In this document: one piece after another, positions 54,886 through 63,164 of the stretch
Position numbering within the stretch: the stretch's first letter is position 1
Layout of the letters: the number at the start of each line of letters is the position of its first letter
Origin: a virus
Strand: one strand, 5' to 3'
Virus record (IMG/VR): IMGVR_UViG_3300045988_180980
Length of the DNA: 64,000 nt
Program-made: the position numbers and the translations under genes
The notes under the pieces: model-generated
The model's database searches: none
Told to the model about the DNA's origin: nothing
What the model saw: the letters and a program-made list of their open reading frames with translations, nothing else

Positions 54886-56340
54886 ATGATTCGCGGAAGT
54901 GTATCACTGGAGATGTTAGAAGGGGGGCTTACCTATCATGGGCTTCGGTCATACGGACGGGAGACCCTGAATGGTTACGAAGATGCAAAGCCCCAATACG
55001 ACGCGCAGACCAATCGCTGGTCATCCGTTGAGAGCAACCGGTCCAACGCCTGGAATTGCAATTTCAACGACGGCAACCTCAACAACAACAACAAGTATAA
55101 CAGGTTCCGGGTGCGCCCTGTCGTCGCTTATGACACTCCTGCCGACTTCCTCAATCTCGTGTTTGCCGCTTTCCATGACTGCTGCCGCACCAAGCGTACC
55201 AGTGCAGAGTGCATAGCCTATTGTGAGCGGGCGCAGCAGGACCTGCCGCTGCTGGCTCACGAACTATATACAGGCACCTACCAGCCTGGCCCCAGCACGT
55301 GTTTCCTGGTCAAATATCCCAAGTACCGCGAGGTGTTTGCTGCCGGATTCCGCGATCGTATCGTACACCACTTCATCTATCTTCTGCTCAACCCCTGTTT
55401 CGAGGAGCGCTTTGTGGCGCAAGGCAATGTGTCGTTCAACTGCCGCAAGGGCTTCGGCACACTGGCAGCGCAGCAGGCGGCATTCGAGGCCATCCGTACC
55501 GCAACCGACAATTACCGCACGCCTGCCGTGGTATATCGGGGCGACCTGGTGTCCTTCTTCATGTCCATAGACAAGCGCATCCTGTGGAGCAGGCTGGAGC
55601 CGTTCATACACGAGGAGTACCACGGACCCTATCTCACCCAGCTGCTCACGGTGACACGCACCGTGGTGTTCCATTGTCCCGAGAAGAACTGCCTGTTCAG
55701 TACCGACCCAGCCGAATGGGCGCTGCACGTGCCTGTCCATAAGTCGCTCTTCACCAACGGCGACTCTTTCGGTATGCCTATCGGCAATCTCACTACACAG
55801 ATATTCGCCAACTTCCTCATGTCCTTCTTCGACGAGTTCGTCATCCGATGGATGAAGGGTCACGGACTGGACGTGCACTACGTCCGCTTTGTGGACGACT
55901 TCCTGTTCATCTGTCGCAACAAACACTTGCTCAAGTGCCTGATAGCCGACGCAGCGGTGTTCCTGCAGAGCGAACTTGGCCTGACGCTCCACTTCGACAA
56001 GCATCATTTCCAGCCCGCCGCACACGGAGTGCTCTTCGTGGGCGCTTATCTCAAGAACTGGCGCATGTATCTCTCTGGCCGCACCGTGGCACGCTTCATC
56101 GAGCGCATGCACGGATTCGACGGCATGCTGCTGAACAAGCAGTGCATCACGCTGGCCGACACGCAGAGGATGGAACAGGTGGTGAACTCCTACCTGGGAT
56201 TCCTGAACGGGAAGCGCACCTACAACATACGCCGGGCGGCACTCGCAGCCATGTGCCCACGCTTCTATGACCATGCCTACATACGCGGCCGCTACACCTC
56301 AATACGCTCACGCCGCAGGCTGAAAACGGCATCATTGTAA
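54886..56340 (+). CDS. DGR reverse transcriptase (the ORF includes the TR in frame)
   Basis: PKYREVFAAGFRDRIVHH, NCRKGFGTLAA, GMPIGNLTTQIFANF (the DGR-type IGxxxSQ block, 55780..55800), YVRFVDDFLFI (catalytic xVDD) and LFVGAYL are all present. There is no in-frame ATG between 54886 and the RT domain. Confidence 0.9.
   Translation: MIRGSVSLEMLEGGLTYHGLRSYGRETLNGYEDAKPQYDAQTNRWSSVESNRSNAWNCNFNDGNLNNNNKYNRFRVRPVVAYDTPADFLNLVFAAFHDCCRTKRTSAECIAYCERAQQDLPLLAHELYTGTYQPGPSTCFLVKYPKYREVFAAGFRDRIVHHFIYLLLNPCFEERFVAQGNVSFNCRKGFGTLAAQQAAFEAIRTATDNYRTPAVVYRGDLVSFFMSIDKRILWSRLEPFIHEEYHGPYLTQLLTVTRTVVFHCPEKNCLFSTDPAEWALHVPVHKSLFTNGDSFGMPIGNLTTQIFANFLMSFFDEFVIRWMKGHGLDVHYVRFVDDFLFICRNKHLLKCLIADAAVFLQSELGLTLHFDKHHFQPAAHGVLFVGAYLKNWRMYLSGRTVARFIERMHGFDGMLLNKQCITLADTQRMEQVVNSYLGFLNGKRTYNIRRAALAAMCPRFYDHAYIRGRYTSIRSRRRLKTASL
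55002..55129 (+). repeat. DGR template repeat (TR)
   Basis: AAC-rich (…AAC CTC AAC AAC AAC AAC AAG TAT AAC…) homologue of the VR, located between avd and the RT domain. Confidence 0.8.
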
Positions 56341-56367
56341 AACGACACAAATAAACACACACATACC

Positions 56368-56859
56368 ATGGACACAAGGATTTTCACCCAGGAGACCACG
56401 GCATCCGGCACACGGCCGCTGCCCATAGTGCGCTCTTATGCGCGACAGACTGAGTTTCTTACGCTCAACCTGGACATGAAGCCCTGTGAACCCGATGGAG
56501 AGGCGCAGGACATCCCCTCCGACGATGCAGGGCAGAAGCCTGTGCTGTACCGTGGCATCACGGTGAGCGTGTCACACCGTGGGCGCATGGATGCTGCCGG
56601 CATACTGTCCCTGCTCTATGCCCAGGGACTGTACCCGCGCATCGACACGCACTTCCTGCAGGCGCTCGCCTGCACCTTCGGCATCGCGGGCTACAGGCAG
56701 TTGGCAGCCCTGCTCATAGGCGGGCGCTACTCCTATGCCGAGGAACTGGCCGCACACCGCAAGGCGCTCTCCGGCGACACAGCCGACTTGGACGAGCTCT
56801 CGCGCTTTGCCGAGGAGTGCAAGGCCATGGCACGCCCAGTATTCACCTCCAACGAATAG
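56368..56859 (+). CDS. hypothetical protein
   Basis: 163-aa ATG ORF directly after the RT. Confidence 0.45.
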   Translation: MDTRIFTQETTASGTRPLPIVRSYARQTEFLTLNLDMKPCEPDGEAQDIPSDDAGQKPVLYRGITVSVSHRGRMDAAGILSLLYAQGLYPRIDTHFLQALACTFGIAGYRQLAALLIGGRYSYAEELAAHRKALSGDTADLDELSRFAEECKAMARPVFTSNE

Positions 56860-56860
56860 C

Positions 56861-57154
56861 ATGACCATGGTCTCCTATACCATCACCCAGAACAACCTGC
56901 GCATACACCGCTCCTATGAGTACCCCAAGGCCAGCATGCGTGGCATACTCGACAGCATCCGCGAGGTGACACCCAGCTCACAGGTGTGGTACCGCCACCT
57001 GCACTCCATGTGCGAGGAGTGGTGTGTGCACAACGCCCTCTACCGCCTCCATATCATGCGCTCCCACACGCGCGACGTTGACCTCAACTACCCCAACCGT
57101 TTCACCTGGGCCTACGCCCTGCTCGCTCCCCTTGCCCGCCTCATTATCCCCTGA
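56861..57154 (+). CDS. hypothetical protein
   Basis: In-frame ATG at 56861 (MTMVSYTITQ...), 1 nt after the previous stop. Confidence 0.4.
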   Translation: MTMVSYTITQNNLRIHRSYEYPKASMRGILDSIREVTPSSQVWYRHLHSMCEEWCVHNALYRLHIMRSHTRDVDLNYPNRFTWAYALLAPLARLIIP

Positions 57155-57159
57155 TTGTG

Positions 57160-57167
57160 TATCTTTG
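57160..57167 (+). promoter_or_regulatory. -7 box TATCTTTG for the tail-fibre gene
   Basis: Matches TAnnTTTG 27 nt upstream of the ATG at 57194. Confidence 0.4.
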
Positions 57168-57193
57168 TATCGTAACTTTTAACGATACACATC

Positions 57194-60100
57194 ATGGTAC
57201 AGGCCACACCGCGCGACTACTGGATTTCACCCTCTGCGCTCACCTTCACCTTCAATGCCCTGAACCTGCCCGACTATGTGCAGGTCTCCTGCGTGAGCGG
57301 AGCACAGATTCTCGTGTATGTCAAGGGCATCATCCCCTATGACGACGGACACAACTACCGCCGATGGACGCTGCAGGCAGCGCCCACAGTATTCAACACC
57401 CACACCGCCAAGTTCGTCTATGTCGCCCTGCCGCGCGATATGCAGAGCAGCCAGTCGGCACTCGTCGTGTTCCCGTCCGAGGAGATAGACATCTACGGAC
57501 AGAATGCGGCAGGAGAGCAGATAGGCTCCGATGACCGCTTCTACATATTCCTGCAGGGCATCATCTCATCCTCGGGCGACAACGGCACGGTGGAGCGCGG
57601 ATGGCAGCAGGCAGCCTCCATGGGCTACCTGTCATCCGACGAGGCGCTGGATGCCGGACCCACCGACACCGAGTGGTACGAATATGCGGCAGGGGTGCTC
57701 ACCTTCCTCAAGGACCTCACCATGAAGGCTGGCACGGCCTTCATACAGCTCATGGCACGCTCGCTCACCATACTGTCGGGCGGCAGCATACAGTTCGAGG
57801 GACAGGACGGGCAGCTCACGGGCATAGCCTCCAAAGCCACCCCCCTCACCGCACCCGACAAGGCGGTCACGCCTGTATATATGGACACCAACGCCCTGTC
57901 CAAGGCACACAGCGACTCCACACCCTACGACCTCTCCATGCGCGACCTGGCGGTGCGCGGCAAAGCCTACATCTTCGGCAACACCGTGATAGGGGGCACC
58001 CTGCAGGTGGGTGACTACGCCCAGGGACTCATGGGTGCTCAGGTGGATTTCTACGGCAATGCCGAGTTTGAGAGCATCGTGGCACGCTCCTTCCTCGAGG
58101 TGCCCGAACTGCGCTACAACCGCACCACCATCACCGTGGGCAACAAGTGGCAGACGGTGGGAGCAGGCATCATAGGCCGCGTGTGGCTGGGCAAGGACGT
58201 GGGCATGGACTCGCTCGAGGGAGTGGCACGCCTCAAGCTGGAGCCGGGCGAGATAGGGGCCATAGCCGTGGATGACAAGTGCCAGGGCGTGTTCCATTTC
58301 GACGGAGGCACCAACGACCCCTCCACCACCGACTCCCGCGACGGCAATTTCCACTTTGCCGGCTTCACCACCATCTATTTCCGCATCACAGAGATATACA
58401 CCGCGAAGACGTTGCCCGTAGCCGTCATGCGCGACATCGTGGACGAGGGCGAGCAGGTGGGCGACCACCAGTACTTCCGCTACGAACTGCGTGCCAAGTC
58501 CTGTGCCGCCCTGCCTGCCGAGGACCGCAACCGCTGGACCGACACCTCACATCCCCAGCCCGCCCTGCACTTTGCCGCCTATGCCAATGCCACCGACTCC
58601 TCGCGCCAGGCATCGCGCCTCACCACCACCACCTACCAGCTCCACTTGGCAGGCATGACGGGATGGACCTACACCCAGGACAACATGCGGCTCATCATCG
58701 GATGGCTCAGCGGATTCTCGGTGCTGCAGCAGGTGTGGGACGAGGAGCAGAAGAAGTTCGTCACCGTAAACAAGGAACTCACCGGCGAGGGTATCGCCAC
58801 GGGCAACATCTACATGTGGGGCACCATCGACCAGTTTGCCCGCGTACCCTCGCTCGTGTCACAGCAACTCTATTTCCGCACCACCGCCAGCGCCTCTGAG
58901 CGCCCGCAGGGCATACAGCTTGCGCCAGACCGCCTGTCGGTCATTCTGGGCGAGTGGCAGAAGGAAGCCCCCCTGCCCACAGCCCAGGAGCGTGCCGTGT
59001 GGCAGCAGTGGGTGTTCACCTACTCCGACGGCACCATGGCCGTGGGCGAGGTGGCGTTCCAGTCGGCCGACCCCACGGCACTCACCGCACAGCTCAACCG
59101 CACGGTGGTGAGCCTGGCCGTGGGCGACTGGTACGATGCCTCGGCACCCGACGAGATCACCTTCGACCTCACCGCACGCCTCCTCTCGGGCACCACGGCC
59201 CAGCCGCTCACCTCGGCCACCGCCGTGTGGGGCGACGGCACAGGAAGCGCCACCGAGGGGGGCGTGACGCTCACCTTCACCACCGATCTCTCCGATGATC
59301 TCACCCAGGCCACCCTGCACATCACCCTGCACGGCTACGTGGGCGTGATGGTCAACGGCACCGTGCCCGAGGACACCTTCATCACCGTCACCCTGCAGAG
59401 CGAGGCAGGCACAGCCACAGCCGTGGCCACACTGGCACAGAACCGCCGTGGCGAGGACGGAGCACCGGGCGCGACGGGCGACCGTGGATATACGGGACTG
59501 AGCGTGCGCAGGGGCGAATGGGAGGCAGGGGTCATGTACCGCAACGACTCTGCCGACGGATCCCTGACCCCCGACGGACACCGCTATCTCGACGAAGTGT
59601 CTGTCACCGACATCGCCACAGGCCAGGCCGCATGGTATCTGGCACTGCCCGCCCACAACGGCATAGCCTCCTCGGCAGACAACGCCCCCACAGTGGCAGG
59701 AGGCACCCTGTGGCAGAAGATCAACGACATGCGCCCGCTGCGCACCTCCTACGCCGACATCTACACCGCCTTCATCGAGTTCCTGCGCGTGCGGCAGATA
59801 GAAGTCACCGACGATGACGGACAGCCCTACGGAGCCTTCAGTGGAGGCGCAGGACAGCAGTACCCTCTGTGGTTCGGAGGCACCACACCGAAGGACGCAC
59901 GCACGAAGTTCAACCGCCAGGGCGACTTCTGGTCAGGCCCCAACTTCAGTGTGGTGAATGGACAGGTAACTGCCATCGGAGGCAAATTCACGGGCATGAC
60001 CGCTATCGACGGCATTTTCTCGGGCCAGATAACCGCCAGCATGCTCAAGCTGGACATGGCCACCAACAAGTCCGATGAGACCATCAACGGCACCGTGTTC

Positions 60101-60364
60101 AAATACGAAGGAGGCATACTGCCCAGTCTGTTTGAGTTCACGGGCGTGCTCCAGCTCATCTGTTTCGTGCCGCAGCTCACCAGGTCGGTCGTAGAAGTGC
60201 CTGTGTCGTGCGGGAGGACAGCCGGCATCTACGACTCATCCGACGGAGTTGCTTCAGACGGCGCACGCAGCGTCACCCTGGGCGCAGGCATCTACATCTT
60301 CTACGGCTTCCGTCACACCACCTACTCCACCAAGGACTACTGGTTCTACAAGAGACTCCTCTGA
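57194..60364 (+). CDS. tail fibre protein
   Basis: 1056 aa, located in the tail module, with a short collagen-like run GEDGAPGATGDRGYTG. A TATCTTTG -7 box lies at 57160. Confidence 0.6.
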   Translation: MVQATPRDYWISPSALTFTFNALNLPDYVQVSCVSGAQILVYVKGIIPYDDGHNYRRWTLQAAPTVFNTHTAKFVYVALPRDMQSSQSALVVFPSEEIDIYGQNAAGEQIGSDDRFYIFLQGIISSSGDNGTVERGWQQAASMGYLSSDEALDAGPTDTEWYEYAAGVLTFLKDLTMKAGTAFIQLMARSLTILSGGSIQFEGQDGQLTGIASKATPLTAPDKAVTPVYMDTNALSKAHSDSTPYDLSMRDLAVRGKAYIFGNTVIGGTLQVGDYAQGLMGAQVDFYGNAEFESIVARSFLEVPELRYNRTTITVGNKWQTVGAGIIGRVWLGKDVGMDSLEGVARLKLEPGEIGAIAVDDKCQGVFHFDGGTNDPSTTDSRDGNFHFAGFTTIYFRITEIYTAKTLPVAVMRDIVDEGEQVGDHQYFRYELRAKSCAALPAEDRNRWTDTSHPQPALHFAAYANATDSSRQASRLTTTTYQLHLAGMTGWTYTQDNMRLIIGWLSGFSVLQQVWDEEQKKFVTVNKELTGEGIATGNIYMWGTIDQFARVPSLVSQQLYFRTTASASERPQGIQLAPDRLSVILGEWQKEAPLPTAQERAVWQQWVFTYSDGTMAVGEVAFQSADPTALTAQLNRTVVSLAVGDWYDASAPDEITFDLTARLLSGTTAQPLTSATAVWGDGTGSATEGGVTLTFTTDLSDDLTQATLHITLHGYVGVMVNGTVPEDTFITVTLQSEAGTATAVATLAQNRRGEDGAPGATGDRGYTGLSVRRGEWEAGVMYRNDSADGSLTPDGHRYLDEVSVTDIATGQAAWYLALPAHNGIASSADNAPTVAGGTLWQKINDMRPLRTSYADIYTAFIEFLRVRQIEVTDDDGQPYGAFSGGAGQQYPLWFGGTTPKDARTKFNRQGDFWSGPNFSVVNGQVTAIGGKFTGMTAIDGIFSGQITASMLKLDMATNKSDETINGTVFKYEGGILPSLFEFTGVLQLICFVPQLTRSVVEVPVSCGRTAGIYDSSDGVASDGARSVTLGAGIYIFYGFRHTTYSTKDYWFYKRLL

Positions 60365-60397
60365 TACACACTCACAACAAACCAAACACACATCATC

Positions 60398-60829
60398 ATG
60401 GACACATCACTCTCACTGCGCAAGACGCACCGACCCGTGCGCGACATCATCATCCACTGCTCCGCCACCCCCGAGGGGCGTGACTACACCGTGGCCGACA
60501 TCACACGCTGGCACCGCCAGCGGGGCTTCTCCACCATAGGCTACCACTACGTCATCTACCGCGACGGAAGCATACACTGCGGCCGCAACATTGACAGCAT
60601 AGGGGCGCACTGCCAGGGGCACAACACAGGCTCCATAGGCATCTGCTACATAGGTGGAGTGGCAGCCGACGGACACACACCCAAGGACACGCGCACACCC
60701 CAGCAGCGCCAGGCACTGCGCACACTGGTAGAGGCACTGCAGAGGCTCTACCCCGGTGCCACCGTACACGGCCACAACGATTACGCCGCAAAGGCATGCC
60801 CCTCCTTCTGCGTAGAGACCGACCTCTGA
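60398..60829 (+). CDS. N-acetylmuramoyl-L-alanine amidase endolysin (Amidase_2/PGRP)
   Basis: IIIHCSATPEG...GYHYVIYRDG...GAHCQGHNTGSIGICYIGG...HGHNDYAAKACPSF is the Amidase_2 zinc-amidase pattern. Confidence 0.85.
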   Translation: MDTSLSLRKTHRPVRDIIIHCSATPEGRDYTVADITRWHRQRGFSTIGYHYVIYRDGSIHCGRNIDSIGAHCQGHNTGSIGICYIGGVAADGHTPKDTRTPQQRQALRTLVEALQRLYPGATVHGHNDYAAKACPSFCVETDL

Positions 60830-60882
60830 GAGGCAAGGATGCACCGCTTGCCGACACCGAAAAACTTGCCGACACAGAAAAA

Positions 60883-60915
60883 CCCGCCTGTCCTCACGGA
60901 TGGGCGGGTTTTCGA
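60883..60915 (+). terminator. intrinsic terminator after the endolysin
   Basis: CCCGCCTGTCC-tcac-GGATGGGCGGG, an imperfect 11-bp stem, followed by TTTTCG. Confidence 0.6.
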
Positions 60916-61046
60916 TAAATTATTACTTATAAGATGCAGGAGTTCAGGTTATGAGCCTTCTGCACCGCAAAGATACGGCTTTTGTCCCTGTCGGCAATCG
61001 CACCACGCACACTTTTTGCCATGAGCACGATGCTTTTCGCCCCACA

Positions 61047-61505
61047 CTATTCACCAGGCACAGTGAAGTCTATCCACTTCAAGTTGGGAAAGTACTGCTG
61101 ATAGTTGTCCTTGGTGATGTCCTGCTCCCAGTCGGTGCCGTCCATATACTCTATGCAGACGCTCACGGGCAAGGCATGCACCTTCTCCACTCCGAGGAAG
61201 GCATTTTTTGCCACGCGCTTATACTTCCTGTTCGTGTCGAAAGGTCCCGTTGATGACACCGTGCGCAACTGAAGGTTTGGTGTCATGCCTACAGACACGT
61301 CGCCCACCTCGTTTACGGCACACCACTCCACCTTGACATACTTCACCTTCTTCTCTCCGTCGCACGTAAAACTGGCGTACAGCTCCTTGGAGTAGTAGAG
61401 GAGGGTCGGCTTCAACTTGAAGGCTGAGAACACCACTTGTGCTTTTGCTGTACAGGCAACAAGCATCATTGCCAACAGCATCATCATTTTGATTGTTTTT
61501 TTCAT
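61047..61505 (-). CDS. putative lipoprotein / secreted protein
   Basis: Signal peptide MKKTIKMMMLLAMMLVACTAKAQ with a Cys at the end of the hydrophobic core. A minus-strand TAAATTTG box lies at 61553..61560. Confidence 0.55.
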   Translation of the reverse strand: MKKTIKMMMLLAMMLVACTAKAQVVFSAFKLKPTLLYYSKELYASFTCDGEKKVKYVKVEWCAVNEVGDVSVGMTPNLQLRTVSSTGPFDTNRKYKRVAKNAFLGVEKVHALPVSVCIEYMDGTDWEQDITKDNYQQYFPNLKWIDFTVPGE

Positions 61506-61511
61506 ACGTTT

Positions 61512-61551
61512 ATATTTTTATGCGTTCATACTTTCGTGGTTTTTTCTCTCC
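61512..61551 (-). repeat. duplicated 5' leader/promoter-proximal segment (copy A)
   Basis: ATATTTTTATGCGTTCATACTTTCGTGGTTTTTTCTCTCC is nearly identical to 62358..62400, upstream of the other lipoprotein gene. Confidence 0.75.
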
Positions 61552-61568
61552 ACAAATTTACTCAAAAA

Positions 61569-62351
61569 CTATTCTACTTTATGAAACACCCAGACTGACT
61601 GCGCGTTACTTTCGTTGAAGAACACTATTTTGTCCTTCTCTCTTACATAGATATACGAGCGTGCGCCTGTTCCGGGTGTGAGGAATATGTCGAAGGCTGC
61701 GTGTCCGTTCTTGGTAGAGCAAGTAGTGGTGATGTCTATGCCTATTTTGGGAGCCGTAAACCTGACCTTACCATTTTTCCCTACCGTCATGGTAAATTGG
61801 GCGGCTGTTCCGCCCGTTGAGTATGCCGTTGTCCACCATGAGCCTACGAGAGCACCGTCGTGGTCGGAAGCGTCGGTATAGTCAGCGAAGGTGTTGCTTG
61901 TGCCGTAGCTTAGCATGTAGCTGCTCAACTGATGCGAATCGCCATTTGGAGCCGTAGCCTCGATTGTCTTTGAGTTAGACCGCAGTTCGGTAATGGTGAG
62001 CGACCCGTAAAGGATGTTGTTCCAGTCGAAGCCCTTGTATGCGCCCGTCGTAAATGTGGTGACGAGTTTGCCGTCCGCTACAGCCCACGTACCGAAGAAG
62101 TTTGACTCGGCCCATGTGAGCGTCCCCGACGTAATGTCGCCGATTCCGCTCATACAAGTTACCAGTCGGTTGCGGTAGAAGCGGAACTCGCTGCGCTTGT
62201 TGTCCAGATACCATTTATACCCCATGATGTAATTCCCCACACGCTTCTCACTGAATGTGCCGTCGGCATCGTCGCTGCTGCAACTGCCCATACTCACACA
62301 TGCTGCCATCACCATTGCCGACAGCAACATCATTCTGATTGCTTTTCTCAT
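61569..62351 (-). CDS. putative surface lipoprotein
   Basis: MRKAIRMMLLSAMVMAACVSMGSCSSDDADG has a lipobox-like Cys followed by an acidic SSDD stretch. Confidence 0.55.
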   Translation of the reverse strand: MRKAIRMMLLSAMVMAACVSMGSCSSDDADGTFSEKRVGNYIMGYKWYLDNKRSEFRFYRNRLVTCMSGIGDITSGTLTWAESNFFGTWAVADGKLVTTFTTGAYKGFDWNNILYGSLTITELRSNSKTIEATAPNGDSHQLSSYMLSYGTSNTFADYTDASDHDGALVGSWWTTAYSTGGTAAQFTMTVGKNGKVRFTAPKIGIDITTTCSTKNGHAAFDIFLTPGTGARSYIYVREKDKIVFFNESNAQSVWVFHKVE

Positions 62352-62357
62352 ACATCG

Positions 62358-62400
62358 ATATTTTTATACGTTCATACTTTCGTAGTTTTTTACTCTCTCC
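62358..62400 (-). repeat. duplicated 5' leader/promoter-proximal segment (copy B)
   Basis: ATATTTTTATACGTTCATACTTTCGTAGTTTTTTACTCTCTCC, compare 61512..61551. Confidence 0.75.
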
Positions 62401-62651
62401 ATCCCCGCCTCTGTCCTGCCCGTCTCCAGCCCTTGCCCTACCTTTGTGGGTGAGAAGTACGGGGTGCTGTGCCTGGTGGTGAATCAGTAGAGAACCAGTG
62501 GAGTCGCAGTGGAGTCGCAGCGGACATGCTCAAGAGCCCTTTGCAGCCGCACATCCCCTTGCGCACAATGTGCACAGCGTTTCATCCTCGCGGCACGTAC
62601 CCACGCTCCTCTGTAATATATATTCGTATAACAATTAAAAAACCAGATGCT

Positions 62652-63095
62652 ATGGCAAAAGTAACCTTTTCCACAGACATTCAGTCCATCTCGGGCAAGT
62701 TGTGCGCCAAGGAGGGCGTCATCTACTCTGTCAACAAGCGCACAGGCAAGACCTTCCGCTCCGACAGACATGTGTTCACCAACCCCAACACCGAACAGCA
62801 GCAGACCATCCGCGCCACCTTCAAGAAGAAGTCGCAGTTCGCCTCTGTCTGGTGGAAGCAGAACCGCCCGTCCGCAACGTCGGCCAAGGGCACAGAGGCT
62901 TACCTTGCCGTGATGAAGGCCTACAAGTCGCAGAGCAAGATAGGCAACCCCTACTGCTACATGCGCTCCCTCGTCACCGACGACCTCAAGGTCATCCTCT
63001 CCGGCAACGACCTCACAGGCGGCGTAGTGGCTGGCGGCGGCTCCACCACTGAAGGTGGCGGCGGCCAGAAGCCTGGCGGTGGCCTCGACGGATGA
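62652..63095 (+). CDS. hypothetical basic protein with the same Gly-rich C-terminal tail as the HU-like protein
   Basis: In-frame ATG at 62652 (MAKVTFSTD...). It ends ...GGGQKPGGGLDG, compare 38364. Confidence 0.5.
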   Translation: MAKVTFSTDIQSISGKLCAKEGVIYSVNKRTGKTFRSDRHVFTNPNTEQQQTIRATFKKKSQFASVWWKQNRPSATSAKGTEAYLAVMKAYKSQSKIGNPYCYMRSLVTDDLKVILSGNDLTGGVVAGGGSTTEGGGGQKPGGGLDG

Positions 63096-63124
63096 CCCGT
63101 CCCGTTCCCCTGTTGCCATCATTT

Positions 63125-63160
63125 CCCACGGCAGGCACACAAGCCCTGCCGTGGGATTTT
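63125..63160. terminator. bidirectional terminator between convergent genes
   Basis: CCCACGGCAGG-cacacaagc-CCTGCCGTGGG followed by ATTTTG. It lies between the gene ending at 63095 (+) and the gene ending at 63165 (-). Confidence 0.65.
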
Positions 63161-63164
63161 GTCT

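Larger units (their letters stand above)
54065..56340 (+). mobile_element. diversity-generating retroelement cassette (VR - hairpin - avd - TR - RT)
   Basis: This is the combination of the component features listed separately. Confidence 0.85.

Noticed and set aside
54886-56340. Retron or group II intron reverse transcriptase
   Set aside because: The IGNLTTQ block, the adjacent Avd-like gene and the AAC-rich template with a cognate repeat at the end of a fibre gene all point to a DGR. I saw no msr/msd-type flanking inverted repeats, no maturase or endonuclease extension, and no intron-like structured flanks.
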